Shown here: in pieces, positions 13,595-25,938 of the stretch
Numbering within the stretch: position 1 is the stretch's first letter
Layout: each line of letters starts with the position of its first letter
Assembly: GCA_030390025.1 (NCBI GenBank)
Contig: CM059425.1
Span: 168,828,001-168,892,000 of the forward strand
From: Squalus acanthias
Lineage: Eukaryota
Direction of reading: 5' to 3'
DNA length: 64,000 bases
Notes under the pieces: generated by a model
What the model saw: the letters and a program-made list of their open reading frames with translations, nothing else
What the model was told of the DNA's origin: nothing
Databases searched by the model: none
Made by a program: the position numbers and the translations under genes

Positions 13595-14395
13595 GTGGGG
13601 AGAGTAGAGATGGTGAAGCGTGACAGGGAGATGGGGTACAGAGAGGAATGGGAGAAAGATGGAGGTCGAGAGATTGGAGAAGGGTGACGGGGAGAGAGAG
13701 AGATGGAGGCACAGAGAGAGAGATGGGAGAGATAGGCAGAGAGATGGAGGTACAGAGAGAGAGAGAGCGCGATGGGGAAGAGTGACAGGGAGAGAGACAG
13801 AGATGGGGGTACAAATAGAGGAATGGGAGCAAGAGAGATGGAGGTAGAGAGGAAAGGGAGAGTTGGGAGTAGAGAGAGCGATGTGGAAGAGTCACAAGGG
13901 GGAGAGAGATGGAAGTACAGAGACAGGAATGGAAGAGAGAGAGATGGAGGTACAGAAAAAGAGGTGGGGGAAGATTGATGCAGAGAGAGAAGGGGGTACA
14001 GGGAGGAATGGTAGAAGATGGAGGTACAGAGAGATGAATGGGAGAGATAGGGTACAGAGAGGAATGCGAGAGATAGGGGTAGAGAGAGGTTGAGATGCAG
14101 GGGAGGGGAAAGAGATAGAGACCAGTGGAGGGAGGAGAGAGAGGGATGGAGATGCAAAAGGAAGAGATTGATGCAGCCGGGGGGAGAGGACTGTGGGAGA
14201 GATTGGGGAAGGAAGAGAGAGAGACCAGGCAGGTAGTGAGAGGGGTAGACACTGAGGGCAAGAGATAGTGAGATACAGGGAAAAGAGGAAAGGGGAGACA
14301 GAGATGAGAAAGTAACTGAGAAGTAGTGAGAAAAAGACAGAGAGACGGGAAAACAATTGACGGAGAGATGTGAGGGAGAGGAGTCGGGACGTGAG
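13595..14395 (+). repeat. GA-rich polypurine low-complexity tract
   Basis: ~800 bp of degenerate gagagatggaggtaca-like units. Confidence 0.9.
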
Positions 14396-14399
14396 GAGG

Positions 14400-16370
14400 C
14401 TGACCATAAATACAGTGGGAGCAGAGACAGCGCGGACCTGCGAGGAGTCGGCACCATATCTCCGGCAAATTCGAAAAGAACAAAAAAACACAAGGAGTGA
14501 CGTCACAGGACATCAGGTAGGTAATTGGTGGGTGAGTATTAACGTTTTTTCTCTCTAAGCTAGGCAGTGGTTTAAACTAAGAGCGGGAAACTATAACGTA
14601 CTTTATTAAATTAAACACTTAACTAGATAAACTAATTAATACAACTATATATACTCATTGAATAAAGATTTTAACGAATTAAATAAATAAAAGAAGGTTA
14701 GACTAAGATATGGCAGGGTAGGTTGTGTGTCTGGACTGCAGTATGTGGGAGTTTGTGGACAGCGAGACTGTCCCGAGTGAACACGTCTGCATTAGATGTC
14801 TCCATCTCGAATCTCTCCGGCTCAGAGTCATTGAGTTGGAGTGCGAGTTGGAGACACTCCAACACATAAGGGAAGGGGAAGAGTATCTGGACAGTTTGCT
14901 CCAGACCTTGGTCACACCTCGTAGAGAGGTGCAGGATCAGAACGGGGTTGGTGTGACCAATAGTGTGCAGAGTAAGGGGAACCCAGGTAAGAAGGAGAAT
15001 GAGGATCCACAGAAACTGATCCTATCCAACAGGTACAATGTACTTGCTACCTGTGAGGATAAGGTTAAAGACTGTCGGAAGGACAGCCAGAATGCGGACC
15101 ATGGTACTTTGGAGTAGGAGGCTGTCCTAAGGGGGGGAGGAGGACGAGGAGAGGAAGCGTAATGTGGTAATTGTATAATTAGGGGGACAGGTAGCATCCT
15201 TTGTAAGCAGGATCGAGAGTCCCACATGGTATGTTGCCTACCTGGTGCCAGGGTAAGGGACATCTCGAACCGGCTTGAAAGGATATTGGAGAGGGAGGGG
15301 GAGGATCCAGTCGTTGTGGTCCATGTTGGGACCAACAACATAGGGAAGAGTAGGCAAGAGGTCCTGTTTGGGGAGTACCAGGAACTAGGAGCTAAATTAA
15401 AGAACAGGGCCTCAAGGGTTATAATCTCTGGATTATTACCTGAGCCACGTGCAAATTGGTGTAGGGATAAGCAGATTAGGGAGGTGAACATGTGGCTAAA
15501 GGAGTGGTGTGGGAAAGAGGGGTTCCATTTCATGGGACACTGGCACCAGTACTGGGACAGGAAAGAACTGTACCATTGGGACAGGCTCCACCTGAACCGG
15601 TCTGGGACCAGGGTCCTAGCAGAAAGGATAAATAGGGACAAGGACTTTAAACTAGTAAATGGGGAGGAGGGCTCAGGTGGAAATTGTAGTAAAAATAGTT
15701 CAAAAGCAAATGCAAGGGAAGAGAGTAGAGTAACAATCAGAAATTGTGCTTTAGGCACTACATGCAGAGGGAAAATTAAAGATGTAAAGTGATTAAACCA
15801 GGTGAAGAAATAAGAAACAAGTGAGAAAAATATTAGAGCTGAAGGACAGGCTAGGGTGTGTGGCCCAAATAAGCGTTCTTTATACAAACGCATGGAGTAT
15901 AAGGAATAAATTGAATGAACTGCAGGCGCAAATTCACATTGGAGGGTATGACATGGTAGCCATTACTGAGACATGGCTGCAAGACGGTCAGGACTGGGAA
16001 CTAAATATACCAGGTTATAAGGTCGACCGGAAAGAGAGGGAAAATGGCAGAGGGGGAGGAGTAGCCTTAGTGATTAAGGATGAAATTACTTCAATGATAA
16101 GAGAGGATATAACGAGAGGTAAGCAGGCAGTGGAGACTTTATGGGTAGAATTAAGAAATAGGAAAGGATTTAAGACTGTAGTGGGAGTTGTGTATAGGCC
16201 CCCAGGTAGCAGCTGTGAAGTGCTAGATTGTATAAATGCAGAGATTAGACAAGCGTGTAGCAAAGGCACAGTGGTTTTAATGGGGGATTTTAACTTTCAT
16301 ATAGACTGGGATAAGCAGACTAGCACCTGTCAGAAAGGCAGTGAATTTCTTGAGTGTGTCCGGGATAGGT
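14400..16370 (+). mobile_element. CR1 LINE 5' half: 5' UTR, ORF1 (zinc finger, coiled coil, SGNH esterase) and ORF2 endonuclease; 3'-truncated
   Basis: CLDCSMWE..CIRC plus leucine zipper (14725-15117); VVHVGTNNI and DRLHLNRSG (15226-15792); YTNAWSIRNK, ITETW, GGGVAL, MGDFN (15821-16370). Confidence 0.9.
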
Positions 16371-16562
16371 TTTTTTTATTCGTTCATGGGATCTGGGTGT
16401 CGCTGGCAAGGCCAGCATTTATTGCCCATCCCTAATTGCCCTTGAGAAGGTGGTGGTGAGCCGCCTTCTTGAACTGCTGCAGTCCATGTGGTGAAGGTAC
16501 TCCCACAGTGCTGTTAGGGAGGGAGTTCCAGGATTTTGACCCAGCGACGATGAAGGAGCGGT
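16370..16562 (-). mobile_element. 3' tail of the tRNA-headed LINE family
   Basis: Reverse complement of ~10720-10905. Confidence 0.85.
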
Positions 16563-17249
16563 GATGAGCGGTGACAGGAATAGGAGGGCGATGATGAGGG
16601 TGCTCAAGTTTTTAGGCTGCATCAGATGGTTTTCTTGAGTCCAGTGACAAAAACCATTCCTGTAGGTAAGCCCACATACCCAGTTATCTGAAGTGACTTT
16701 ATATGCTAATATCCGGTAATGTAGCATTGCCCAAGGTCAATCAGAACAATCTTGTTGTTGTAATTTGTTAATTGGCTATGACAGCAGCCCTCCCATATAT
16801 TTGGATAATGGAAGAATAATCCAGTGGTTCTTAAACTGGGGTCCGCGCAGACAGGCCGATAAACAGCAGAGGGGGAGGAAAAAAACCCTGAAACACTCAG
16901 CAGTTGTGCAGTGAGTAGGCGGGAGGTGGAGGGTTGCACATGAAACGGTGCCAGTGTTCCCAACAGGAGCCACCGAGCCTAAGCCCACTCCAGGAATAGC
17001 AGGGAGATGTCGTGTTTTTGATTTTTTCCCCCCAAAACTTATTTATAGTTGGCAGCTGCAAGGACTGCATTGCATGGTGGTTTTATTGGGCACCAGGTGA
17101 AGGGTGGTGATAACGGGTAGGATTTTTAAAATGTTTTTTGTAAAGAATTTTCTAATGCAGTAATATAGTTTTTGTAAAGAGCTGTGACCTGTTAGAGATT
17201 AAATAAAGCCAGCAATTAGATTTAATAAACCAAAAAATAGAAAATCATG

Positions 17250-18137
17250 GGGGGAAAAATTCAGTTGGTTGCGCCTCCTGTTAGCGCCTTAAGAGGGCGC
17301 TAATGGGGCGCAAAGCAACTAGCGCCCGGGCGCGGTGATGTTTGCGCCGCTCGCGAAATTAACTAGACATTTTGCGGCGGCGCTAAACACTACCGCCACG
17401 ATCTCCTGCGCCGACAGATCGTGACGTCAGTCGAGTGTGTAACGCCCCGGTAGCGCCCCAGAGCGGATATTGAGTGGCGCCCCCTGCCTTACCGCCTGCC
17501 GCTAGCAACGACAGGTTGAGGGGAGCGTTTTGCAGTCAGGAAGGGACTGGGAGAGCGCTATTTAAAGGCGACTGCTTCCTGCCTTTTTTTGTTGGTGACA
17601 TTTTTGAACCACGCATTCTGAGAGAGAGAGAGACTTCTGGAGAGATTCAACGCTGTGTGAAGGAGTTTTGGGTACTGAGCAGCACTTTGCAGGTTCATTT
17701 TGATTTCCCCTTCCTTGTATTGATTTAGAAGAGACTGTGGGGGTTGCACTCTGAGCTCTTTCCCTGGTACTCTCCATTGTTCTTTCCAGCAGATTTGATG
17801 TACAGGTCTCTCCAGGCCGAGATTCAAGGCTGCAATGAGCAGGATGAGGATGGAAAGCAAGATCAACCCTCCCCTTTAAGAACTGGCCAGCGCCATTGTG
17901 TCTGTGTTCCATTGCTGACTGACATCACATGAGCTTCGCCAGCGCTCTGAGTTAGCGCCTCGCTCCTCGGCCTTTGCGCCTTAAGACAGATGTGTAGCGC
18001 CTGATTTAGCACTCCAATCACCTCCAGGGGCGATAAAAGTCAAGTTTGCAGTCGGAGGCGATACTAGCGCCAGCCGCTAATCTTTGCGCCCGGCCGATAA
18101 TTGCGCCCCAAACGGGGCGATACTGAATTTTCCCCCC
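17250..18137. mobile_element. GC-rich MITE, probably PIF/Harbinger-type
   Basis: TIRs gggggaaaaattcagt / actgaattttcccccc, flanked by atg on both sides. Confidence 0.7.
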
Positions 18138-18310
18138 ATGATTTCTTACCCAATCTCATGATTTTTAAGAGTCTGTCTCATGATTTAGGAGACAGTGGGT
18201 TTGGCATTACTGGGAGAATGTCAACTGATTTATATGTGAGGCGCCCTTTAACATTGAATTTCATCTCTCAGAATCTCCAGTATGAAGGAGCTTCTCTATT
18301 GAGATGGGTC

Positions 18311-19708
18311 ACATAAGAACATAAGAATTAGGAGCAGGAGTAGGCTATATGGCCTTTGAGCCTGCCCCACCATTCAGTAAGATCAAGGCTGATCTTTGAT
18401 CTCAACTCTACTTTCCCGCCCGATCCCCATATCCCTTGATTCCCCTAGAGTCCAAAAATCTATCTCAGCCTTGAATATACTCAACGAAGCAGCATCCACA
18501 GCCCTTTGAGGTAGCGAATTCCAAAGATTCACAACCCTCAGTGAAGAAATTCCTCCTCATCTCAGTCTTAAATGGCCGACCCCTTATCCTGAGACGCTTT
18601 GAAATGTCCGGTGGTCGTCAAGGCGCTATATAAATGCAAGTCTTTCTTTCTTTCTTTTCTATGCCCCCTAGTTCTAGATTCTCCAGCCAGGGGAAACAAC
18701 CTCTCAGCATCTACACTGTCAATCCCCCTCAGAATCTTATGTGTTTCAATGAGATCACCTCTTCTAAACTCCAGAGAGTATAGGCTCAATCTACTCAATC
18801 TCTCCTCATAGGACAACCCTCTAAACCCAGGGATCAATCTAGTGAACCATCGTTGCACCATCTCGAAGGCATGTATGTCCTTTCTTAGATAAGGAGACCA
18901 AAATTGTGCACAGTACTCCAGGTGTGGTCTCACCAAAGCCCTGTACAATTGTAGTAAGACTTCCTTACTCTTGTACTCCAACCCCCTTGCAATAAAGGCC
19001 AACATGCCATTTGCCTTCCTAATTGCTTGCTGTACCTGCATGCTAACTTTCTGTACAAAAGCAAAATACTGCGGATGCTGGAAATCTGAAATAAAAACAG
19101 AAAATGCTGGAAATACTCAGCAGGTCAGGCTGCATCTGTGGCGAGAGAAACAGAGTTAACGTTTCAGGTCGATGATCCTTCGTCAGAACTGGAAAAAGCT
19201 GGAGATGGAACAGGTTTTTAAGCAAGTGCAGGGGCAGGGAAAGGGAGGAGGGGAGGAAAGAACAAAGGGGAAGGTCTGTGATAGGATGGAAGGCAGGAGA
19301 GATTAAGAGACAAAAGGGATGATGGTGCAAGGCAAAAGGAGATGGTAATGGGACAAGTTAAGAAACAAAAGATGGCTCTAGATGAAGTGTAAATGGCACT
19401 GGCAGAATGAAAGACAGCTGCTATGTGAGAGAGAGAAAAAAAAATGGAAAAAAAAGATAGTGGCAGAGGTTATAGTCTGAAATTGTTGAACTCGATATTG
19501 AGTTCAGAAAGCTGTAAAGTGCCTAATCGAAAGATGAGCTGCTAAGTTATTGCTAACTTTCTGTGTTTCCTGTATGAGGACACCTAAATCTGTCTGAACA
19601 CCAACATTTAATAGTTTCTCACCATTTAAAAAATATTCTGTTTGTCTATTCTTCCTACCAAATAAGCTCACATTATACTCCATCTGCCACCTTATTGCCC
19701 ACTCACTT
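18311..19708 (-). mobile_element. CR1 LINE 3' fragment with a nested SINE tail (~18592-18660) and a nested Penelope fragment
   Basis: ORF 18568-19041 (LVRPHLEYCAQFWSP); cataagaa tail repeats at 18311. Confidence 0.9.
19055..19550 (-). mobile_element. Penelope-like element 3' end (GIY-YIG C-terminus + pLTR with hammerhead core)
   Basis: 14-bp TSD tgctaactttctgt (19041-19054 / 19551-19564). Minus strand reads LIFRLGTLQLSELNIEFNNFR and CTGACGAAGGATCATCGACCTGAAAC (19161-19186). Confidence 0.75.
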
Positions 19709-19714
19709 TACCTT

Positions 19715-21534
19715 GGAACATAAAAGCGGACTGTAAAAGCTTCTACAAGTATGTAGAAAGAAAAAGATTAGTGAAGACAAATGTAGGTCCCTTACAGTCA
19801 GAAACGGGAGAATTTATAATGGGGAACAAGGAAATGGCAGAACAATTAAACAAATACTTTGGTTCTGTCTTCACGGATGAGGACACAAATAACTTTCCAG
19901 AAATGCTAGGGAACCAAGGGTCTAGTGAGAAGGAGGAATTAAAGGAAATTAGTATTTGTAAAAAAATAGTGCTGGAGAAATTAATGGGACTGAAAGCCGA
20001 TAAATCCCCAGGGCCTGATAATCTGCATCCCAGAGTACTAAAAGAGGTAGCCATGGAAATAGTGAATGCATTGGTTGTCATCTTCCAAAATTCTATAGAT
20101 TATGGAACAGTTCCTGCAGATTGAAGGGTGGCAAATGTAACCCCACTATTTAAAAAAGGAGGGAGAGAGAAAATAGGGAACTACAGACCAGTTAGCCTAA
20201 CATCAGTAGTAGGGAAAATGCTAGAGTCTATTATAAAGGATGTGATAACAGGACACTTAGAAAATATCAATGGGATTGGACAAAGTCAACATGGATTTAT
20301 GAAAGGGAAATCGTGTTTGACAAACCTACTGGAGTTTTTGAGGATGTAACTGGTAGAATAGATAAGGGAAAACCAGTGGATGTGGTGTATTTGGATTTTC
20401 AGAAGGCCTTTGATAAAGTCCCACATAAGAGGTTAGTGTGCAAAATTAAAGCACATGGGATTGGGGGTAATATACTGGCATGGATTGAAAATTGGTTAAC
20501 AGACAGGAAACAGAGAGTAGGAATAAATGGGTCTTTTTCGGGGTGGCAGGCGGTTATTAGTGGGGTACCGCAGGGATCAGTGCTTGGGCCCCAGCTATTC
20601 ACAATATATATCAATGACTTGGATGAGGGAACCAAATGTAATATTTCCAAGTTTGCTGAAGACACAAAACTAGGTGGGATTGTGAGTTGTGAGGAGGATG
20701 CAAAGAGGCTTCAAGGCGATTTAGACAAGTTGAGTGAGTGGGCAAATACATGGCAGATGCAGTATAATGTGGATAAATGTGAAGTTATCCACTTCGGTAG
20801 GAAAAACAGAAAGGCAGAGTATTATTTAAATGGTGATAGATTGGGAAATGTACAAAGGAACCCGGGTGTCCTTGTACACCAGTCACTGAAAGCAAACATG
20901 CAGGTGCAGCAGGCAGTTAGGAAGGCAAATGGTATGTTGGCCTTCATTGCAAGAGGATTTGAGTACAGGAGCAAGAATGTCTTACTATAGTTATACAGGG
21001 CCTTGGTGAGACCACATCTGGAGTACTGTGTGCAGTTTTGGTCTCCTTACCTAAGAAAGGATATACTTGCCATAAAGGGAGTGCAGCGAAGGTTCACCAG
21101 ACTGATTCCTGGGATGGCAGGACTGTCATATGAGAAGAGATTGGGTTGACTAGGCCTGTATTCACTAGAGTTCAGAAGAATGAGAGGGGATCTCATTGAA
21201 ACGTATAAAATTCTGACAGGGCTAGACAGACTGGATGCAGGGAGGATGTTTCCCCTTGCTGGGGGGTCTAGAACGAGGGGTCACAGTCTCAGGATACGGG
21301 GTAGGACATTCAGGACTGAGATGAGGAGAAATGTCTTCACTCAGAGGGTGGTGAACCTGTGGAATTCTCTACCACAGAAGGCTGTGGCGGCCAAGTCACT
21401 GAATATACTTAAGAAGGAGATAGATAGATTTCTAGACGCAAAAGGCGTCAAGGGGTATGGGGAGAGAGCTGGAATATGGTATTGAGATAGAGGATCAGCC
21501 ATGATCATATTGAATGGCGGAGCAGGCTCGAAAG
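19715..21534 (+). mobile_element. CR1 LINE (RT + 3' UTR); its last ~35 nt lie at 29483-29520, beyond the ERV
   Basis: [47 protein letters not shown]; the tail ggctcgaagggctgaatggcc is split by the provirus. Confidence 0.92.
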
Positions 21535-21544
21535 TGAAGGGGAG

Positions 21545-22118
21545 TGAAGGGGTTAATTTGAACTCATGTTAAATTAAAATAAATAATTTCTCATTTCTGT
21601 ATGAAATAGAATAAGAACCCAGGTGGAGAGATAAGCATGGTTGAGAGTTGGGAACTTAGCAACATTCAAGGCCAGAATACAATATACAACTGTAAGAATA
21701 AGACAGTGGCCCCTTACTCAGGCAGCATATATACGTCATTGAATTGCTTTTAGTTTGTAGCTAACAAAGATAAGAAATATAACGAATTAATGGTTTAGTT
21801 TGAATCGACATAATTGTTTAGTTTGAATCGACATAATTGTTTAGTTTGAATTGACATATTTGTTTAGTAAGATAAGAAATATAACGAATTAATGGTTTCG
21901 TTTGAATTGACATAATTGTAATCATGTGATATTTTGTAACTATGTGATTGGACAATTCTTAAATAAAAGGTTGTAATTGACAACGGGAGGTCGAGAAGCT
22001 GTAGTCACCAGGCCGGGTAACGTCTGTGACGCTTCTCCCAGAGATCTCTGAATATTAAATAAACTGTTTTGCTTTTATCTATCAACACAGACTGGAGCGA
22101 AATAATTTCTCCCTAACA
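21545..22118 (+). repeat. ERV 5' LTR
   Basis: tgaaggggttaatt...ccctaaca, a direct repeat of 28932-29482 with internal ~23-bp tandem repeats and aataaa; preceded by a 10-nt partial duplicate of its start (21535-21544). Confidence 0.95.
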
Positions 22119-22120
22119 AT

Positions 22121-22138
22121 TGGCGTAGTCGGCAGGAT
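22121..22138 (+). promoter_or_regulatory. Primer binding site, tRNA-Ser
   Basis: tggcgtagtcggcaggat, 2 nt after the LTR, complementary to the vertebrate tRNA-Ser 3' end (ATCCTGCCGACTACGCCA). Confidence 0.88.
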
Positions 22139-23379
22139 ACTTTGGAGCTGAAAGACCGCCTGTACCAGTGAACAGGGCGAGTAGTCAAATCTTAGACCAC
22201 CCTGAAATTGGGTCACTTGGCAGGGCGGTGTGACGGCGACGCAGTATCCAACGAATCTGGTGTCTGTGACGGGTAAGAAACAGTTTATTAAAACCTAGGT
22301 AGCGCATAAGGTGCTGGTAATATTGAAATAATAAGGTTAACCAAACGTATTAATAGTAGTTAAGATATTTGAAGCCTGATGTGTTATTTCGGACTGTAAA
22401 TGTCTCGAGGACCCATGCTGAGCCGAAATTAAGAGGGCGATTGGGCCCCACGTGACGGCCAGAGTTAGTTGGGAATCTGAGAAAGAATCTGTAAGACCTC
22501 TCTGATGTGTTGCGTTGCAGGATCTGTTGGATTGTATGACGTGTTGTGATAATGTATTAATGGCTACATGTGAAAGGGGCCAAGTGGCTGCCCAAAACTC
22601 ACCTCTGTGAGCAAGATTGTTCCAAGTCGGGGCCGCCACCATACTTATGGTGGACGATAGGCAGACCTCTGAAAATGAGTTACTAGGGTGGGCCGGAAAG
22701 CGGTAAGCTAGTAACGATATTAATAAATTATGGAGAAAGGCGAGGAACCCGATTGGGGCCCGCCAGGATCCATGAGTCAGCTCTACGCCGAGGACCAAAA
22801 GGGTTTGATTGATAAAATGAGGAAAGATGGGTGGGATCCATTAGGACTGGAATTTCAGTTCGTGAGAAAGTGTGAGTTAAAGAGTGTAAGTTTTCCTGAC
22901 TGTGAATGTTTAAGAAGTTACAGTATTTATTTTGTCCGAAAGTCTGTCTTAAAAAAAAAGTGTCTGTCATTTTTGTTTTAGCTCCACCCACTCTTTTGTA
23001 CAGAGAGCTAAAAGCTGTTTAACCCTTTGAAGACTTGTCTTGAATGATAGTCAAGCGTGGGTTGTTTTAAGTTTGTTAATTGTTTTACAAAAAATAAGCT
23101 TCAGCCTTGAAGTCACAGTTGCCAATGTGCCTGGAAGAAAATGAATTTGAATGTTTACAAGGCATGGGTAATTGTTTCTTTGTTAATGTGGCTATGGTTT
23201 CTTTCTTTTCCAAGTGATACTGGTTAGTTTAAAAGAAAAATTTGATCTAGATTGAATTGGAGTTATTGAGGTTAATTAACCTATTAAAACCAGACTTTTA
23301 TTGTGCACGGTGAAATTCTGGTTGGTGTAAATTTGTGTAGACCACATTGAATAAGATATTTAATGGTCTGAAACCAGAC

Positions 23380-23915
23380 TTTAAAATATTTACAGTCTTG
23401 GATACAGAACGGGTTCTGACCCATACCATTGGCAGAGGAATCACAAGGGAAATTCGCCTTTACTGTCAGGGATAGACAGTATACATGAACCAGGGTCCCG
23501 CAGGGGTTCCACAATAATCCAAATATATTCCACCATGTACTGAGTCAAGCCTTAGACGAGTTAGACCTATCAAAGTATCAGAGTGCCCTACTTCAATATG
23601 TCGATGACATAATGATTGCATCAGAGGATGCCAAAGGACATATGGGAGCATTACACTTAAGAAAGCTGGCTTTAAATTGAACCCAAAAAGGCACAGGTTG
23701 GACTGTCCAAAGTAAAGTATCTAGGACACGAAAATTAACCAGGGGTATAAGGCACTCCTGCAGAAACAAAAGGCAGCCATAAAAGACATGCCAAGGCCAG
23801 TGACCATCTGGGGAGTGAGGAAAGTGTTGGGACTATTTAACTACTGCAGGAATTTTATATCAGACTTTGCAGGGAAAGCAGAGCCGATTCAACGGTTAGT
23901 TAAAGAGGGATCCAG
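23380..23915 (+). pseudogene. pol: ERV reverse transcriptase fragment
   Basis: NGF*PIPLAEESQGKFAFTVRDRQYT*TRVPQGFHNNP, LLQYVDDIMIA (~23587-23620), VRKVLGLFNYCRNFISDFA; stops and frameshifts present. Confidence 0.92.
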
Positions 23916-24839
23916 TAGCGAAGGCAATGCCACGATGTGTGGCCGCAATAGATTGTGCCCCAAGAATTGAAAAAAAACTTTGAACTACAATTTAAGTTAA
24001 GCTGGTGTGTAAAAACTGAGAAGAACAACAAAAGTTTGTTTAACAAAAGATTAAGTTTCGGTCTAAGATTTAACCTTGGAGTCGCAGTTGCTATGGTGAA
24101 ATCTTCCAAAGCAGTTTGATTTGATTTGCTTAAATGTGAAAAACTAATATTTTTTCTCCAGTTATATTCAATGTTTTTACAGTATTTTGGAAAGGCATCT
24201 GAAGAAAGGACAATAAGAAATATGATGTAATTTATGGTTTTCTACAAGCATGTACTAGTTTGTTTTGTTTTATCTGTTCTGTTCGTGTTCAGTTAAAGTG
24301 TGAAAACGCAACTGTCTTTTCCGATCAGGAGTTTTTTTTAAATTTACGTGAAATGACGCAATTGCGTGCGTCTGACAATGTTTCGCTCCGCCTTCTTAAA
24401 AAAAAAACCTGCAAAGGAGTTAACCCTTTCCACTGACAGCTGTTTAAGTTATAGAAATGAAATTGAACATTGACAAAACCTGTCAGTTCAACAGTACTGC
24501 TGTTTGGATTTCGGGATAATTTTGAAATGACAAAATGGACTCAGGCACTATATATTGGGTTACTTTTGGGAAAATAAAGATCCTCTAAAATAATGATAAA
24601 TAAAAAAAAACGTTACTTGTAATGCAATCTTAAATATTGTACTGGACAGTAAAGTTCCTCCAGGGCTCATGAATGAGATATGAATGGTAATTAATAGGAT
24701 ATGTAAAATGGAGAAAGGAAGTGATTGAGGGTGTGAGATAGAAACAGGAGAATTACACCACCAATTGAGAATTTTCCAAACTTTCTAGTGAAAGTCAGGA
24801 AAGTGTAGTTAAGAATAGTAAATTGATAGCTTTCTCTTG

Positions 24840-25938
24840 GCCTATAATGAACTTTTTAAGAAAACTGTATTTGATAGCCTGGCCACTATCCAAGACATCG
24901 GGACCATGCAGAGGAAGATGAACAAAGACCTCCAGACAATCTTTTGATAAGATACCTGAAAGCCTGAGAAAGGCACACGTGGCATGATGTGGAGATACCG
25001 ATATGAGTGTGCAAATGTGATTTGTTACACGTGAGGCAGTTGCCATCCGGGAATGTATGGTGAATCTGCACTGAAGAATGGGTCTCGGTCTGCTCAGTTA
25101 CTTGACAACAGCAAAACATGAAATGGTTAATGTGGTTCAGGAGAGCGAGACAACTTTTAAAGCATTGACACATACTCCATTGAGAAACTATCTAATTAAT
25201 GAAACAATCAGAATAGAGTTAAATACACTGGTACCTGTTAGAGGGATTGAAATTGAAGTTGAAGTGGAGAGTTACATGGAATCTGGATTGGGACAATTGA
25301 GGGCTAAGGAGAAATCATGTTTAGTAAGAATTATCCACAAGATGGATATGAGTAAAAGAGAGATCTGGAGAATCTTTTAAGTCCATGATTTGTTGATTAG
25401 ATGTTAAACTGTAATGTCGCTTGAAATGATTGTAAGACTGAATTTAACTGTGACTGTAATCATTGTGTTTTGTAGGTAACAGAGCGTGGGAAAAACCAGT
25501 GCGAATCCAGTATGAGGTGGTTTTGGTGGTGCCTCCTGTGTCACTACTACCGCAACTACCATGCTTTACGGGTCTAACAGGACCTGTCCCATCAATCAAC
25601 ACGTTTTTAAGTATGAGCTACACAATTATGTGGCACAATTCGGATACTACATTCCCCTGTTGTCTAAGGGTACCAGTGAGCTCATGATGCGACTGAACTC
25701 CTCCCTAAAGCCTTTTTATGTTTTGGAGAAAGACAACTCGAGAATAAATATTGAAATTGACAGCATAGAGGACAACTCACACTGGTGGGATATTGGGCTT
25801 AATATATCAGCACACCCTTAGATTTGTATTATTTCACACGCTCTGGTAGTTCTCCAACTTGTAATGATAGTGTATTTGATATATGTAACCTATGTAGTAA
25901 GATACATAAGCCAATTGGGTACTCATGCCTATGACTAA
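24840..25938 (+). pseudogene. First env-like remnant (non-gamma-type membrane glycoprotein C-terminus)
   Basis: 25561-25938 reads a heptad-like stretch LMMRLNSSLKPFYVLEKDNSRINIEIDSIED, then HWWDIGLNISAHP*, then hydrophobic ICIISHALVVLQLVMIVYLIYV; N-glycosylation sequons present; no ISD or CX6CC. Confidence 0.55.

Larger units (their letters stand above)
11539..18212. mobile_element. DNA-transposon-like element with short TIRs and a perfect 6-bp TSD (copy 1), filled with nested insertions
   Basis: Left end cactaatgccaac, right end ttggcattactg; ggagaa at 11533-11538 and 18213-18218. Both subterminal regions resemble the ends of 54183-56422. Confidence 0.75.

Noticed and set aside
13458..14513. 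Long Ser/Leu/Pro-rich minus-strand ORFs
   Set aside because: Translation of the low-complexity CT-rich strand.
14937..15893. 318-aa minus-strand ORF
   Set aside because: Antisense shadow of CR1 ORF1.
23417..25821. APOBEC-type G-to-A hypermutation (three probable Trp-to-stop changes at 23417, 23486, 25819)
   Set aside because: Too few events; Trp codons in integrase and the second env are intact.
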